Shown one piece after another: positions 17,520 to 29,600 of a stretch of DNA of 62,620 bases (positions are counted from its first letter, which is position 1; each line of letters starts with the position of its first letter). Location of the stretch: assembly GCA_002868925.1 (NCBI GenBank), contig PKTZ01000109.1, positions 1-62,620 of the forward strand. Direction: 5' to 3'. The translations under genes were made by a program, and so were the position numbers. Below the pieces are notes generated by a model. The model was not told the DNA's origin and ran no database searches. It saw only the letters and a program-made list of their open reading frames with translations. The stretch comes from Desulfuromonas sp. (GTDB taxonomy: Bacteria; Desulfobacterota; Desulfuromonadia; Desulfuromonadales; UBA2294).

Positions 17520-19604
17520 TCACTGGCCCTCTTCCTGAACTTTCAGTTCTGCCAGAATTTTATCCAACATATGCGAAGGGACTTCATCGTAATGATCGAA
17601 ACCCATAGTAAACATGCCACGGTCGGAAGTCATCGAACGGAGTTCCGGTGCATACTTGAGAACCTCGGACATCGGCACCTGCACATTGACCACCGTCGTA
17701 CTCCCCTGGGGATCCATGCCGAGGACCTTGCCACGACGCGAGTTCATATCACCGATCACGTCACCGACGCACTCGTCCGGCACCGAAACCTCCATGTGCA
17801 TGACCGGTTCAAGCAGAACCGGAGATGCCTGCTCCATCCCCCGCTTGAAACCCATCGAACCAGCAATCTTGAACGCCATCTCGTTCGAATCGACGGCGTG
17901 GTGCTGGCCGTCGTAGAGGGTAACGCGGACGTCCTGCACCGGGAAGCCGGCGAGAATCCCTTTTTGCATCGATTCCTGAACACCTTTATCGACGGCCGGG
18001 ATGAATCCACGCGGGACAACACCGCCGACAATCTTGTCGACGAACTCGTAGCCGGTACCACGCGGCATCGGTTCGATCTCGAGATGGACATCGGCAAATT
18101 GGCCCTTGCCACCCGACTGCTTCTTGTGGCGATAGTGCTGCTGGACCTTTTTCTTGAGCGCTTCACGGTACGGAACCTTCGGCTCCTTAAGGATAACCTC
18201 GACCCCGAACTTCTGCTGCAACTTGGCAACGGTGACCTCGACGTGAACCTGGCCCATACCGGAGATGATCATCTCCTTGGTCTCTTCGTCACGCACAACC
18301 TTCAGGCAGGGATCCTCTTCGATCAATCGTTTCAGGGAGCTGTGGATTTTGTCTTCATCCCCCTTGTTTTTCGGTTCGAGAGCAAAAGAGATAACCGGCT
18401 CCGGATTTTTCGGCATTTCGAAAATAATCGGCGCCGACGCCACACAGAGGGTGTCGCCGGTTTCGGTATATTTCAACTTGGCGACGGCGACGACATCGCC
18501 GACACTCGCTTCGCTGACCGGTTTCTGCTTCTTCCCTTCAAGCTTGAGAATCTGCCCGAACTTCTCGTTCTCCTCCTTGTTGGCGTTGTAGAAGCTGTCG
18601 CCTTTGAGGGTACCGGAGACGATCCGGAAAACAGTCAGCTTACCGGTGTAGGGATCGGCAATGGTCTTGAAAACAATCGCCGAAAACGGCTCATCGGGCA
18701 GCGGCTTGCGCTCAACCTCTTCACCGGTTTTCGGATTGGTGCCGACCTTGACCGGCCGCTCTACCGGTGACGGCAGACATGAGATAATGGTATCGAGCAA
18801 CAGGTGGGTGCCGCAATTGGCGGTGGCGCTGCCGCAGACAACCGGGGTAAAGATCCCCTCCTTGGTTCCCTGGTGGAGACCGTCGAAGATATCTTCATCG
18901 GTCAGGCTGTCTTCCTCGAGGTATTTTTCCATCAACTCGTCATTCGCCTCGGCAACCGCCTCGACCATTTCGAAGCGCATCTGCTCCGCTTCTTCCTTCA
19001 GCTCTTCAGGGATATCGGCTTCCTGGAAAGTCCCTTTGCCGTCGAAAGAGAAGAGACGTGCCTTCATCCGGACCAGATCAATAATCCCCTTGAAGTTCTC
19101 CTCACTGCCGATCGGCATGCTGAGAACCGCGACCCGGGTACCGAGAGACTCTTCCATACCGGCAATGGCCGCCTTGAAGTCGGCCCGCTCGCGATCCATC
19201 TTGTTGATAAAGGCGATCCGCGGAACCTGGAACTCTTCGGCCCACTTCCAGATCATCGACGACTGCGCCTTGACACCGTCTACTGCCGACACCACCAGGA
19301 CCGTGCCGCCCATGGCGCTCATGCTGCTGCGGGTATCGTGCAGAAAATTGGTATAACCGGGGGTATCGATCAGAGTAATACCATGATCCTTCCAGTCGGC
19401 ATGGTGCAGGCTGGAGTTGATCGTGATCTTACGTTTGATTTCAACTTCGTCGAAGTCGAAGTTGGAACTTCCGTCGTCAACCTTGCCGAGACGATCGGTC
19501 ATTCCGGAGGCGAAAAGAACAGCTTCAGCCAGGGACGTCTTGCCGGCATCGCCCTGGCCGACAAACCCAACATTCCGTAGTTTAGCAGCGTCGATCTTTC
19601 CCAT
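17520..19604 (-). CDS. Elongation factor G paralogue (EF-G2-like GTPase)
   Basis: Full five-domain EF-G architecture. The start is moved to the ATG at 19604, which has AAAGGAG 6 nt upstream. The P-loop reads GQGDAGKTS instead of the canonical AHIDAGKTT. Confidence 0.85.
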   Translation of the reverse strand: MGKIDAAKLRNVGFVGQGDAGKTSLAEAVLFASGMTDRLGKVDDGSSNFDFDEVEIKRKITINSSLHHADWKDHGITLIDTPGYTNFLHDTRSSMSAMGGTVLVVSAVDGVKAQSSMIWKWAEEFQVPRIAFINKMDRERADFKAAIAGMEESLGTRVAVLSMPIGSEENFKGIIDLVRMKARLFSFDGKGTFQEADIPEELKEEAEQMRFEMVEAVAEANDELMEKYLEEDSLTDEDIFDGLHQGTKEGIFTPVVCGSATANCGTHLLLDTIISCLPSPVERPVKVGTNPKTGEEVERKPLPDEPFSAIVFKTIADPYTGKLTVFRIVSGTLKGDSFYNANKEENEKFGQILKLEGKKQKPVSEASVGDVVAVAKLKYTETGDTLCVASAPIIFEMPKNPEPVISFALEPKNKGDEDKIHSSLKRLIEEDPCLKVVRDEETKEMIISGMGQVHVEVTVAKLQQKFGVEVILKEPKVPYREALKKKVQQHYRHKKQSGGKGQFADVHLEIEPMPRGTGYEFVDKIVGGVVPRGFIPAVDKGVQESMQKGILAGFPVQDVRVTLYDGQHHAVDSNEMAFKIAGSMGFKRGMEQASPVLLEPVMHMEVSVPDECVGDVIGDMNSRRGKVLGMDPQGSTTVVNVQVPMSEVLKYAPELRSMTSDRGMFTMGFDHYDEVPSHMLDKILAELKVQEEGQ

Positions 19605-19755
19605 TGTTACTCCTTTCGATTCCATCGGTATTTGATAGGTCGGTGCATATTCACCGACACATTGAAAACCAGACCAGCATCAAAAAGCGTACAACTACAA
19701 GATGTTACAACCACAGAAAAATGTTACGCATTTTAGCACCGACAGAATACACCTG

Positions 19756-20529
19756 TCAAAGCTCTGTCGCGTTTCTAGCGTGAATAATTCGCAATCCTTC
19801 CAGGGTCAGGTTCGGCTCGACCCGATCGATGGTCTCCGACACCCCGACCAGCACCGTCGCCAGCCCGCCGGTCGCCACCACCTGCGGCACCGACGACCCT
19901 TCTTTTTTCATCCGTCCGACGATGCCATCGACCAGCCCGACATAACCGTAAAAAAGACCGGACTGTATGCTGTTGGCCGTGTTCTTGGCGATGACCTGCG
20001 GCGGGCTGACCAGTTCGACCCGCGGCAGCTTGCTCGCCCGTTTGAACAGCGCCTCGGCCGAAATAGAGAGGCCAGGTGCGATCGCACCGCCGAGATACTC
20101 CCCCTTTTCCGAAACATAATCGAAGGTCGTTGCCGTTCCGAAATCGACCACGATCAGGCTCGACTTGATCATCTCGTAAGCGGCGACCGCATTGACGATC
20201 CGGTCGGCGCCGACTTCGCGCGGGTTGTCATAGACGATCGGCATGCCGGTCTTGATCCCGGGACCGACGATCATCGGCTGCTGCTTGAAATAGCTCTGGC
20301 AGAGCGAGCCGAGGGTGACCAGCATCGACGGCACCACGCAGGAGATGATGACGCTGTCGACATCGGTGAAATGAAATTGCGACAGGCCGAAAAGCTCATG
20401 AACGAGGATGGCATACTCGTCGACCGTCCGATCCTCGTCGGTGGTCAACCGCCAGTCCTTCAGTAGTTCCTCTCCCCGGTAGAGTCCGAAGACGGTATTG
20501 GTATTTCCGACATCGATGACAAGCAGCAT
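19756..20529 (-). CDS. coaX: Type III pantothenate kinase
   Basis: 257 aa. [17 protein letters not shown]... and the GADR and ATGG blocks. Confidence 0.9.
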   Translation of the reverse strand: MLLVIDVGNTNTVFGLYRGEELLKDWRLTTDEDRTVDEYAILVHELFGLSQFHFTDVDSVIISCVVPSMLVTLGSLCQSYFKQQPMIVGPGIKTGMPIVYDNPREVGADRIVNAVAAYEMIKSSLIVVDFGTATTFDYVSEKGEYLGGAIAPGLSISAEALFKRASKLPRVELVSPPQVIAKNTANSIQSGLFYGYVGLVDGIVGRMKKEGSSVPQVVATGGLATVLVGVSETIDRVEPNLTLEGLRIIHARNATEL

Positions 20530-20534
20530 ATCTT

Positions 20535-21524
20535 CTATTCCTCTTCGGCGAGCAGTCTCACGTCGCCGGCAAGCACTCTTTCGGTTTTGCCGCCGGGCAG
20601 TTCGAGCAGCAGGGCCCCGACTTCGTCGAGACCGCTGACCCTGCCGGTCAGGCGGTAATCCTGGTAATCGACCTCGACCCGCCGCCCGACCATGTGGCAG
20701 CGTTTTTCCCAGGCACTCAGAATCGGGGAAAACCCTTTTTCCATATAAAGCGCATACAGGCGATCGATCCGGCGTAGCAGCGTCCGCGTAAACGAGAGAC
20801 GGGAGACCGGCTCGCCCCTTTCCACCAGCAACGAGGTGGCGGGCGACCTGAGATCGGCCGGAAACTGCTCGGCCGGCATATTCAGGTTGACACCGATACC
20901 GAGCACCAGGAAATGGATCTGTTCAGTCTCGGCGTTGAGCTCGTTGAGCAGGCCGGCGACCTTTTTGCCACCAAGCAGGACATCGTTCGGCCACTTGAGT
21001 TGAGGTGAGAAATCGCCGCTCTCTTCTATCGCTTCGGCGACGGCAACGGCGGTCAGAAAGGTCAACTGGGTGGCATAGCGGAGCGGGACAACCGGCTTGA
21101 GAACAACGGAGAGATAAAGGTTGACCGCCGGCGGCGAAATCCAGAACCGACCCATCCGCCCCTTTCCGCTGCTCTGCTGGTCGGCGATGACGACCGTCCC
21201 CTCGACCGCGCCCTGCTCGGCCAGCATCCTCGCCTGGGTGTTGGTCGAATCGGTCCGGCCGAGACAAATAATATCGCGGCCGACGATGTCGGTTTCGAGT
21301 CCGGTCGAAATCGCCGCGGGGATCAGCGCATCGGGAGTCGAACGGAGAGCATAGCCTTTGGAGGGAACCGCCTCGATTTCGTAGCCGAGCTGCCGCAGCT
21401 GTCGGATCTGCTTCCAGACGGCGCTCCGCGAAATCCCGAGGTCACGACAGATCTCTTCACCCGAAAGGTAACGATCGGACTGCTGCTGGAAAAGCTCGAG
21501 TATCCGGTTGCGGCTCGTGGTCAT
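20535..21524 (-). CDS. birA: Bifunctional biotin-[acetyl-CoA-carboxylase] ligase / biotin operon repressor
   Basis: N-terminal wHTH ([18 protein letters not shown]), GRGRxGR-like [12 protein letters not shown], and a C-terminal SH3-like domain. Start taken at the ATG at 21524 (the track ORF begins at an upstream TTG), just after the nadC stop. Confidence 0.85.
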   Translation of the reverse strand: MTTSRNRILELFQQQSDRYLSGEEICRDLGISRSAVWKQIRQLRQLGYEIEAVPSKGYALRSTPDALIPAAISTGLETDIVGRDIICLGRTDSTNTQARMLAEQGAVEGTVVIADQQSSGKGRMGRFWISPPAVNLYLSVVLKPVVPLRYATQLTFLTAVAVAEAIEESGDFSPQLKWPNDVLLGGKKVAGLLNELNAETEQIHFLVLGIGVNLNMPAEQFPADLRSPATSLLVERGEPVSRLSFTRTLLRRIDRLYALYMEKGFSPILSAWEKRCHMVGRRVEVDYQDYRLTGRVSGLDEVGALLLELPGGKTERVLAGDVRLLAEEE

Positions 21525-21531
21525 CGGCAGG

Positions 21532-22362
21532 TCATGACTTAAAAAGCATCGAGATATCAACGGCCCGGCAGGAGTGGGTCAGGGCGCCGACCGAGATCAG
21601 GTCGACCCCGGTTTCGGCGATGGCGCGAACAGTGTCCAGGTTTACACCACCGGAGGCCTCCGCCTTCGCCTTGCCGTCGATCATGGCGACTGCGTCTTCG
21701 AGCTGCTTCAGCCCCATATTGTCGAGCAGGATGATGTCGGCACCGGCGGCCAGCGCCTCTTCGACTTCGGACAGGGTCGTCGTTTCGACTTCGACCTTCA
21801 GGGTGTGCGGAATCCGTTTGCGTGCCCTTTCGATGGCGGTGGTAATGCCACCGGCGGCGGCAATATGGTTCTCCTTGATCAGGACGCCGTCATAAAGAGA
21901 GGTGCGGTGGTTGGTACCACCGCCGGCCCGGACCGAGAACTTGTCGAGGTAGCGCAGCCCCGGTACGGTCTTGCGGGTATCGACGATCGTGGCCCCGGTC
22001 CCTTCGACTTTGGTAACAAAGCGTGCGGTCATGGTCGCGATGCCGCTCGCCCGTTGCAACAGGTTGAGGGCGACACGCTCCCCCTGCAGCAGGATTGCGG
22101 CCGGCCCCTTGATCCAGGCGATAACATCCCCGCGCCGGACCGGTTGACCATCTTCGATCAGTGCTTCGAACGAAACTTCCGGGTCGAGGGTTCGGAAAAC
22201 CTGGGCCGCGAACTCGACGCCGGCCAGGACGAAGTCCTCCTTGGCGACCAGTTCCGCCTGGCCGGCGGTGGTCAAATCGACCGTCGCCTCGGTGGTTACA
22301 TCGCCGGTACCGATATCCTCGCGTAGAGCGGTTTCGATAATCCGCTGCATCTCGAAATTCAT
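21532..22362 (-). CDS. nadC: Nicotinate-nucleotide pyrophosphorylase (carboxylating)
   Basis: NadC-length 276 aa when started at the ATG at 22362 (GGGGAGG SD upstream). Blocks REDIGTGDVTT, TRKT.PGLR and KVEVE. Confidence 0.9.
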   Translation of the reverse strand: MNFEMQRIIETALREDIGTGDVTTEATVDLTTAGQAELVAKEDFVLAGVEFAAQVFRTLDPEVSFEALIEDGQPVRRGDVIAWIKGPAAILLQGERVALNLLQRASGIATMTARFVTKVEGTGATIVDTRKTVPGLRYLDKFSVRAGGGTNHRTSLYDGVLIKENHIAAAGGITTAIERARKRIPHTLKVEVETTTLSEVEEALAAGADIILLDNMGLKQLEDAVAMIDGKAKAEASGGVNLDTVRAIAETGVDLISVGALTHSCRAVDISMLFKS

Positions 22363-22567
22363 CTTTATCCTCCCCATAACATTAAATACGGAGTCAATTA
22401 ATATCATGAAATCGGCAACTTCAGCAACCTGAAACCCCTTGACAAAAACATTTACACCCTTCATTAATATTTCATTTAAACGAGTCATTTACGCCGGCGC
22501 AGCAGCAGTCCGGCCCTTCGATAAACAGTCAAACAACTCTTATGCATTGCGCCCAAAGGAGACAAAC

Positions 22568-23422
22568 GTGAAACAGCTCTATGTTTTGATCCCGATCCTG
22601 GCCCTGGTCCTAACCGGCTGTGTTGGCAAATCGACCTACGAAGAGAAGGTGATGGAAGCCGAGCAGCTCTCGACCGAACTACAATCACTGAAACAGAATC
22701 ATGCCGAACTTCAGGAAAAGTATTCGGCCCTGGTAACGAGCAACGCTGCCCTGCAGGAAGACTTCGACCGGGCGCAGAGCGACATCGAGCGGCTCGAGCA
22801 GGTCCTTTCCGAACGGAGCATCGAGGCCGGCGAAGCGATGACCGAGATGCGTAAAATGATCAGCCAGCTCAAGGAGGAGAACCGGGAGTTGCAGCTTGCG
22901 GTCGAAACGGAAAAAATCGCGCGCCAGGCGAGGGTTGCCCAGATCCAGAGCACCTACGATGAGCTGGTCGAAAAGATGGAAGAGGAGATCGAGCGGGGTG
23001 AAGTGACGATCTCCGAGCTGCAGGGGAAGCTGACCGTCAACATGGTTGACGAGATCCTGTTCCCGTCCGGCAGCGCCAACATCAAGACGGCCGGACGCAA
23101 GATCCTGCAGCGGGTCGCCGAAATCGTCAAGACAGTCGAGGGCAAAGACATTCAGGTCGAAGGCCACACCGACAACGTTCCGATCAGCAGCCGGCTCGAG
23201 GCGAAATTCCCGACCAACTGGGAGCTTTCGACGGCCCGGGCCGCGACCGTCGTCCGCGCCCTGCGCGACTTCGGCATCTCCGGCGAGCGGCTGGCTGCCG
23301 TCGGTTACGGCCCGTTCCAACCGGTCGCCAGCAACGACACGAAAGAGGGTAAAGCCAAGAACCGGCGCATCCAGATCGTCCTGGTCCCGGAGCAGAACCG
23401 CATCGAAGAGACACTCCAATAA
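22568..23422 (+). CDS. OmpA/MotB-family lipoprotein with coiled-coil region
   Basis: GTG start at 22568 with AAGGAG upstream. Lipobox LVLTGC. Long heptad-like region. C-terminal OmpA_C (VEGHTDNVPI...NWELSTARAATV...NRRIQIV). Confidence 0.8.
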   Translation: MKQLYVLIPILALVLTGCVGKSTYEEKVMEAEQLSTELQSLKQNHAELQEKYSALVTSNAALQEDFDRAQSDIERLEQVLSERSIEAGEAMTEMRKMISQLKEENRELQLAVETEKIARQARVAQIQSTYDELVEKMEEEIERGEVTISELQGKLTVNMVDEILFPSGSANIKTAGRKILQRVAEIVKTVEGKDIQVEGHTDNVPISSRLEAKFPTNWELSTARAATVVRALRDFGISGERLAAVGYGPFQPVASNDTKEGKAKNRRIQIVLVPEQNRIEETLQ

Positions 23423-23663
23423 ACCCACAAATCGTTTCATCTTATCAAGGGCGGTCCAGCATGGATCGCCTTTTTTATTGCCGCCATCCCCACCCCCACC
23501 CGAACCCTTTCGACAAAAAACAGAGAAACAGTAAAAACACACGGATTCACTTGCGAATCGGCAATTATGTGCCATAGTTTTTTACAGTGCTTTTTCCGTT
23601 TTTTCGGTTACAAGCTCCCCTTTGATTGTCATGTCATCCAGGCAAAATCGACAGGAGGAAAAA

Positions 23664-26600
23664 GTGCCATCCGGCATCCTGATAAGTTTTTTTTCAAAGC
23701 GCTCAGATGCGCGCCGAAGCATGTGGGAACTGGGAAAGCATGGATTCCGCCGAACGGCGGTCCTGCACCGGTTGCCAAATGGTGAAATTGAAACCACCGA
23801 TTTTTTCACCTGGACCCTCCTGTTTGGCAACATCCTCTCATCACTGATCTTTGCTCTGCTTGCCATCCTGATTGGCCTCAGCGGCGCTTTTCAACTTCTG
23901 ACCGACGGCACCCCCCCACTTTTTATTTTGGCAATCGCCGGCGCGGTGGTCGGCGTCGTCTCCGGGCTGGCCCTGATCAACCGGACCCGTTTCGGCATCG
24001 AACGGAGAATCCTCGATCGTTACGGACACTGCCTGATGCCGGGAGAGTCGGCCCTGATTTCACAAAGCCCGGTCGAAACGATGAAGCTGCCGATGGCACT
24101 GATCCGCGACAAGAGCGAGTCGCTGCCGACTATTTTCGTACTCCATGCCAGCCGCGAGCACCGGGAGACGACCCGCAGCCTCGAGGAGCCGATCAGCGAC
24201 GATCAGATCCTGGAGCGGGCGTGCAAGCAGGCCCGGGGGCACAAGGAGGGTCAGGCCAAGCGGGTCAAGCCGGAGTTGCTGATTCGCCTGAAGAAGGAAG
24301 GAGCCTGGTTCCAGGAGATATGTGTCGACCTGGCCGATGCCTGCCGCCTCGAGCAGGGTGTCTCGCCGGTCGCCGAATGGATCATCGACAACGAATTCCT
24401 GGTCGCGCGCAGCATCCGCGATGTCCTGGTCAACCTGCCGAAAGGCTACTACCGCGAACTGCCGGTCAGAGACCAGAGATACGGCAAGGACCTGCCCTGC
24501 ATCTACGAGCTTGCCAAAGAGCTCATCTTCACCCATGAAGCACGTATCACCGCCGAAAACATCGTCAACTTCGTCAACTCCTACCAGAAGGTCAACACCC
24601 TCTCCATCGCCGAGCTGTGGGCATTGCCGCAGATGCTGCGGGTCGCCCTGGTCGAATCGATCCTCGATCTGGCAATCCGGGTCCACAACGACATGCGTGA
24701 ACGGCAACTGGCGACCTTCTGGGCGAACCGATTCATCGCCGCCAACCGCCGCGACAGCGCCCTGGTCTTTTCGATCCTCGGCGAACTCGACGACCGATAC
24801 CCGGAGCCGACCCCCTACTTCTGTTCACAGCTGGTCAACCTGCTCTACGATCAGGATTCCATCCTCGCTCCTGTTGAAAACTGGATCGAACGCAAGCTCG
24901 GCAAAGCGACCAACGCCATCGAACTGCTGGAACAAAAACGACAGGCCCGCGACGAGATCCTGATCGAGAACAGTTTTTCGAGCATCCGCAAGTTGACCCA
25001 GCTCGACTGGCGGGAGCTGTTCGAACAGCTCGCTATCGTCGAAAAAATTCTAAGGACCGACCCGCAACAGGTCTACGCCGGGATGGACTTCGAAACCCGC
25101 GACCGCTACCGCCAGACTGTCAAGCGCTTCGCCGAACGCGCGAACAAAAGCGAGCACGATGTCGCCCAGCTGGCAATCGATCTCGCGGTCGAGCACGATT
25201 GCCATATCGGAGAGATACTTATCGGCAGCGGCAAGAAACGCTTCGAAAGTAAACTCGGCTGCATGGATCGACCCGGCATCCGCCTGCGCGAACGGCTCAA
25301 GGAGGCGCACAGTCTCGTCTATCTCGGCAGCCTGGCCGCGCTCTTTCTACCGATCGTCATTCTCACCTGTCGCTACGCCCAAAGCGGGAAGGCGACCTGC
25401 TTCGATGCGCTATTCATACTTTTACTGCTTATCCCGGCGAGTCAGCTCGCCATCGAAATCCTGAATTACCTGCTGACCCGACTGCTTTCACCCCTCCCCC
25501 TGCCGAAGATGGATTTCGAGAAATCGGGCATTCCCGATCGATTCCGGACCCTGGTCGTCATCCCGACCCTGCTCGCCAGCGAGAAAGCAATCCGGCACGA
25601 GGTTGAACAGCTCGAAATCCGGTTCATGGCCAACCGAGACGCCAACCTGCGCTACAGCCTGTTCACCGACTTTACCGATTCCGCCAAACAGGACCAGGAG
25701 GATGACGAGAAGTTGTTACAGCTTGCCGTCAACGGCATCAAGGAGCTGAACCGGCGCTACAACACCGACATCTTCTTCCTGTTCCACCGGGAGAGGAGTT
25801 GGTGCGACACCGAGCAGAAGTATATCGGCTGGGAGCGCAAACGGGGCAAACTCGAAGAGCTGAATCAACTGCTCGACGGCAGCTGCCCCGACAGCGCCGA
25901 CCGCCTGGTCTACGCCGGCAACCCTGAGCGGCTCGACGGTATCCGTTTCATCATCACCCTCGACAGCGACACCCAGCTGCCGCACGGCACCGCCCGACGG
26001 ATGATCGAAACCCTGTCCCATCCGCTGAACAGCCCGCAACTCGACGCCGAGGGGAGGATCAACGCCGGCACCTATTCCATCCTTCAGCCGCGGGTGACGC
26101 CGTCGCTGAAGAGTACGAGCAGCTCCCCGTTCAGCCAGCTCTTTGCCGATGCGGTCGGCGTCGACCCCTACACCAAGGTCGTCTCCGACGTCTACCAGGA
26201 TTTGACGGGCGAAGGGTCGTACCACGGCAAGGGGATTTACGATGTCAAGGCCTTCAGCAAGATTCTCTCCGGAAACTTCCCCGACGGCCTCATCCTCAGT
26301 CACGACCTGATCGAAGGGGCGCATGTCCGGACCGGTCTGGTCAGCGACATCGAGCTATTCGACGAATTCCCGCAGGATTATCTCGGCTACGTCACCCGGA
26401 TGCGTCGCTGGATCCGGGGCGACTGGCAAATCGCGGCGTGGGTTCTGCCCTGGGTACCGAAAAAGGGAGGCGGCTTCCGCAAGAACCCGATCTCGATCTT
26501 CAATCGCTGGAAGGTCTTCGACAACCTGCGCCGCAGCCTGCTGTCGACCGCCAACCTGGCGCTGCTGATCACCGCCTGGCTGAGTTCGCAGCAGGCGGCA

Positions 26601-29600
26601 GTGGCGGCGATGCTGCTGGTCGGTGTCGAAATCCTGTTCCACCCGCTTTCGCAGGTTTTCACCGCCCTGACCACCCGCAACGGCATCCGCAACTTCTCCT
26701 CGGCCATCCACCTCAACCACCTGCAACGGGCCCTGGCTGAGGTGGCAATGATGCCGCACCAGGCCTGGATCAGCATCAGCGCGATCATGCAGTCGTTCTA
26801 TCGCCTGTTCATCTCGAAGCGGAAGCTGCTGGAATGGACGACCGCTTACGTTGCGCACACCACGGCGATGCAGAAACGGAAGATCTTCACCTTTTCGCTC
26901 ATCCTCGCCAGCCTTTCGGCCGCCGCGATCTGGGCGAGCCTGGCCCGTTGGATGCCGGGCAACCTCCCCCTGTCGTACCCCTGGCTGCTGCTCTGGTTCG
27001 CTTCTCCCTTCTTCGGCTGGCTGCTCACCTCCCGGCCGATCGAGAAACCGCTGCAGGAGCTGCTGGCGAAACGTGACCTGCGCTACCTGCGTCAGGTCAA
27101 CCGGCTCACCTGGCGGTTCTTCGATGATTTCGTCAACGAGAACACCTCCTGGCTGCCGCCGGATAACTACCAGGTCTCTCACCAGAATCAGCTGGCGATG
27201 CGGACCAGCCCGACCAATATTGGCTTCTCAATGCTGAGCACCCTGGCCGCATCCGATTCGGGATACATCCCCCCCGACCAGACCATCGACCGGCTTGCGC
27301 ACACTGTCGACACCCTCGAGAAAGTCGAACGGTACGAGGGACATCTGCTCAACTGGTACGACATCGGCAATCTGCAACCGCTCGAACCGCGCTACGTCTC
27401 GGCGGTCGATAGCGGTAATTTTCTCGGCGCGCTCTGGGCCCTGCAACAGGGGCTGCACGAACAATACTCGGGAGAAGTCATCAGCGGCGAACTGTTTGAA
27501 GGGTTACGCGACAGCGCCGACATCTTGCACCAGACCATCAGCGCTGACCCCGAATTTGTCGAGGCGACGAAGGAGACGGAGCGGCTGCTCGCCAACCTGG
27601 ATCGGGTTCCGAAGAGAATCGTTGACCGACTGCAACTGCTGCGCCTTTGCGAGCACGACATCAACGGCATCGACGCGCTGATAAGCGCGATCGCCCCGGC
27701 CGACAGCGAACCGGCATACTGGTCGGACAAGGTGCTGCAGGAGGCCCGCCACTGGCGCGAAAACGCCGATCTCTACCTGGAATGGATCGAACTTCTCGGC
27801 CACCGCCAGGACGATGAGCTGGCAAGGACCGCGATCAGAAACATCGCCGAGATCGCGGACGATCTGACCTTTTCGCCTTCGCTGCACAACCTGTCACGCG
27901 GCGTCGCCGAATCGATCCCGATCCTGACCCTGCTCTCCGAGCATGCTTACGACGAAGCGGCGACCCTGTCCGAGTGGGCCAGTAAAGTTTTGGCCAGTTT
28001 CGCCAAGGCGCAACACAATGCCAGGATGTACCGGGTCCGGTATGAGCAACTGTTGTCGCGCCTGCGCAAGCTGGCCGGCGAGATCAACCTCCGCTTTCTC
28101 TTCGACAAGGAACGCAAGCTGTTCACCATCGGCTACAACGTCACCAGCGGCCATCGCGACAACTCCTACTACGACCTGCTCGCCAGCGAAGCGAGGTTCG
28201 GCGGCTTTGTCGCCATCGCCCGCGGCGATGTTCCGATGGAGCACTGGTTCACCATGGGGAGGCCGCACGCCCAGATCGGCCGCGACCGGGTCCTGCTGAG
28301 CTGGACCGGCACCATGTTCGAATACCTGATGCCGCAGCTCTTCCTCCGATCATATCGCTATTCGCTGCTCGACAAGGCGGCACGCGACGCCATCGACGTC
28401 CAGATCGACTACGGCCGCCGCAATAAGATCCCGTGGGGCATCTCCGAATCGGCTTTCGGCGATCTCGATTTTCACAAGACCTACCAGTACAAGGCGTTCG
28501 GTGTTCCGAAGCTCGGGCTCAAACGGATCCTCGAAGAGCAGCTGGTGGTCTCCCCCTACTCGACCCTGATGGCGGTCGGGATCGCGCCCCAGGAGACGGT
28601 CGACAACCTGCGTAATCTCGACCGGCTCGGCATGCTCAACCAGTACGGTTTCTACGAATCGATCGACTTCCGCCGAAAATCGAAACGGGGCGGCCGCAGC
28701 GGGGTCATGATCAAGGCCTACATGTCACACCACCAGGGGATGGGTTTCATCGCCCTCGCCAACTTCCTGCATAACAATCTCTTCCAGCGCCGCTTCCACG
28801 CTGACCCGCGGGTGCGCGCCTTCGAGCCGCTGCTGCAGGAGAAGATCCCGACCCTGCCACCGCTGCAGCTCACGGCGACCCGCGACCGGGCGCCGTCGTT
28901 GCAGGAGGCGAGCTCCGACATCCCGGCCTCAGGAATTTTCGAAACACCCAACACCTCGACCCCGAAGAGCCAGATGATCTGCAACGGCCGCTACGATCTG
29001 CTGGTCACCAATACCGGCGGCGGTTACAGCAAGTGGAATGGGCAGGAGATTACGCGCTGGCGCTCCGATCGGACCAATGACCAGTGGGGGACCTACTGCT
29101 ACCTGCACGATCTCGGCGAAAAGGATCTCTGGTCGTCCACCTTCCACCCGATCGACGCCGAAAGCGAGGATTACATTGCCGAGTTCGCCCTCGACCGGGC
29201 CATCTTCCGGCGGAGCGAAAACGGTGTCCAGGTCGAAACCGAGGTCATCGTCGCCCCGGAGGATGATATCGAGATCCGGAGGATGACCCTGACCAACCGG
29301 ACCAGCCGCCGCAAGCGAATCAACCTGACCAGTTACGTCGAGCTGTCGATGGCCGACCATGCAGCCGACCGCGCCCATCCGGCCTTCAACAAGCTGTTCA
29401 TCCAGACCGAGGCGATCGAAGAGGAAAGAACCCTGCTCGCCTATCGGCGCTTGCGCAGCGAGGATGCCGAGCCGCTCTTTGTCGCCCACAGTTTCGTCAA
29501 TGAAAAACCGGGCAAGGGGATGTGGCATTTCGAGACCGACCGCAGCCGCTTCATTGGACGGGGTCACACCCTGGCCGATGCCCGGGGTGCGACCGGGCGA

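Noticed and set aside
17571-18770. 399-aa plus-strand ORF inside the EF-G paralogue locus
   Set aside because: It is antisense to a full-length EF-G homologue and its composition is low-complexity and rich in R, L, D and H.
23448-23480. Possible terminator after the OmpA-like lipoprotein gene (AAGGGCG...CGCCTTTTTT)
   Set aside because: The stem is only 4-5 bp with a 13-nt loop, which is too weak to call.
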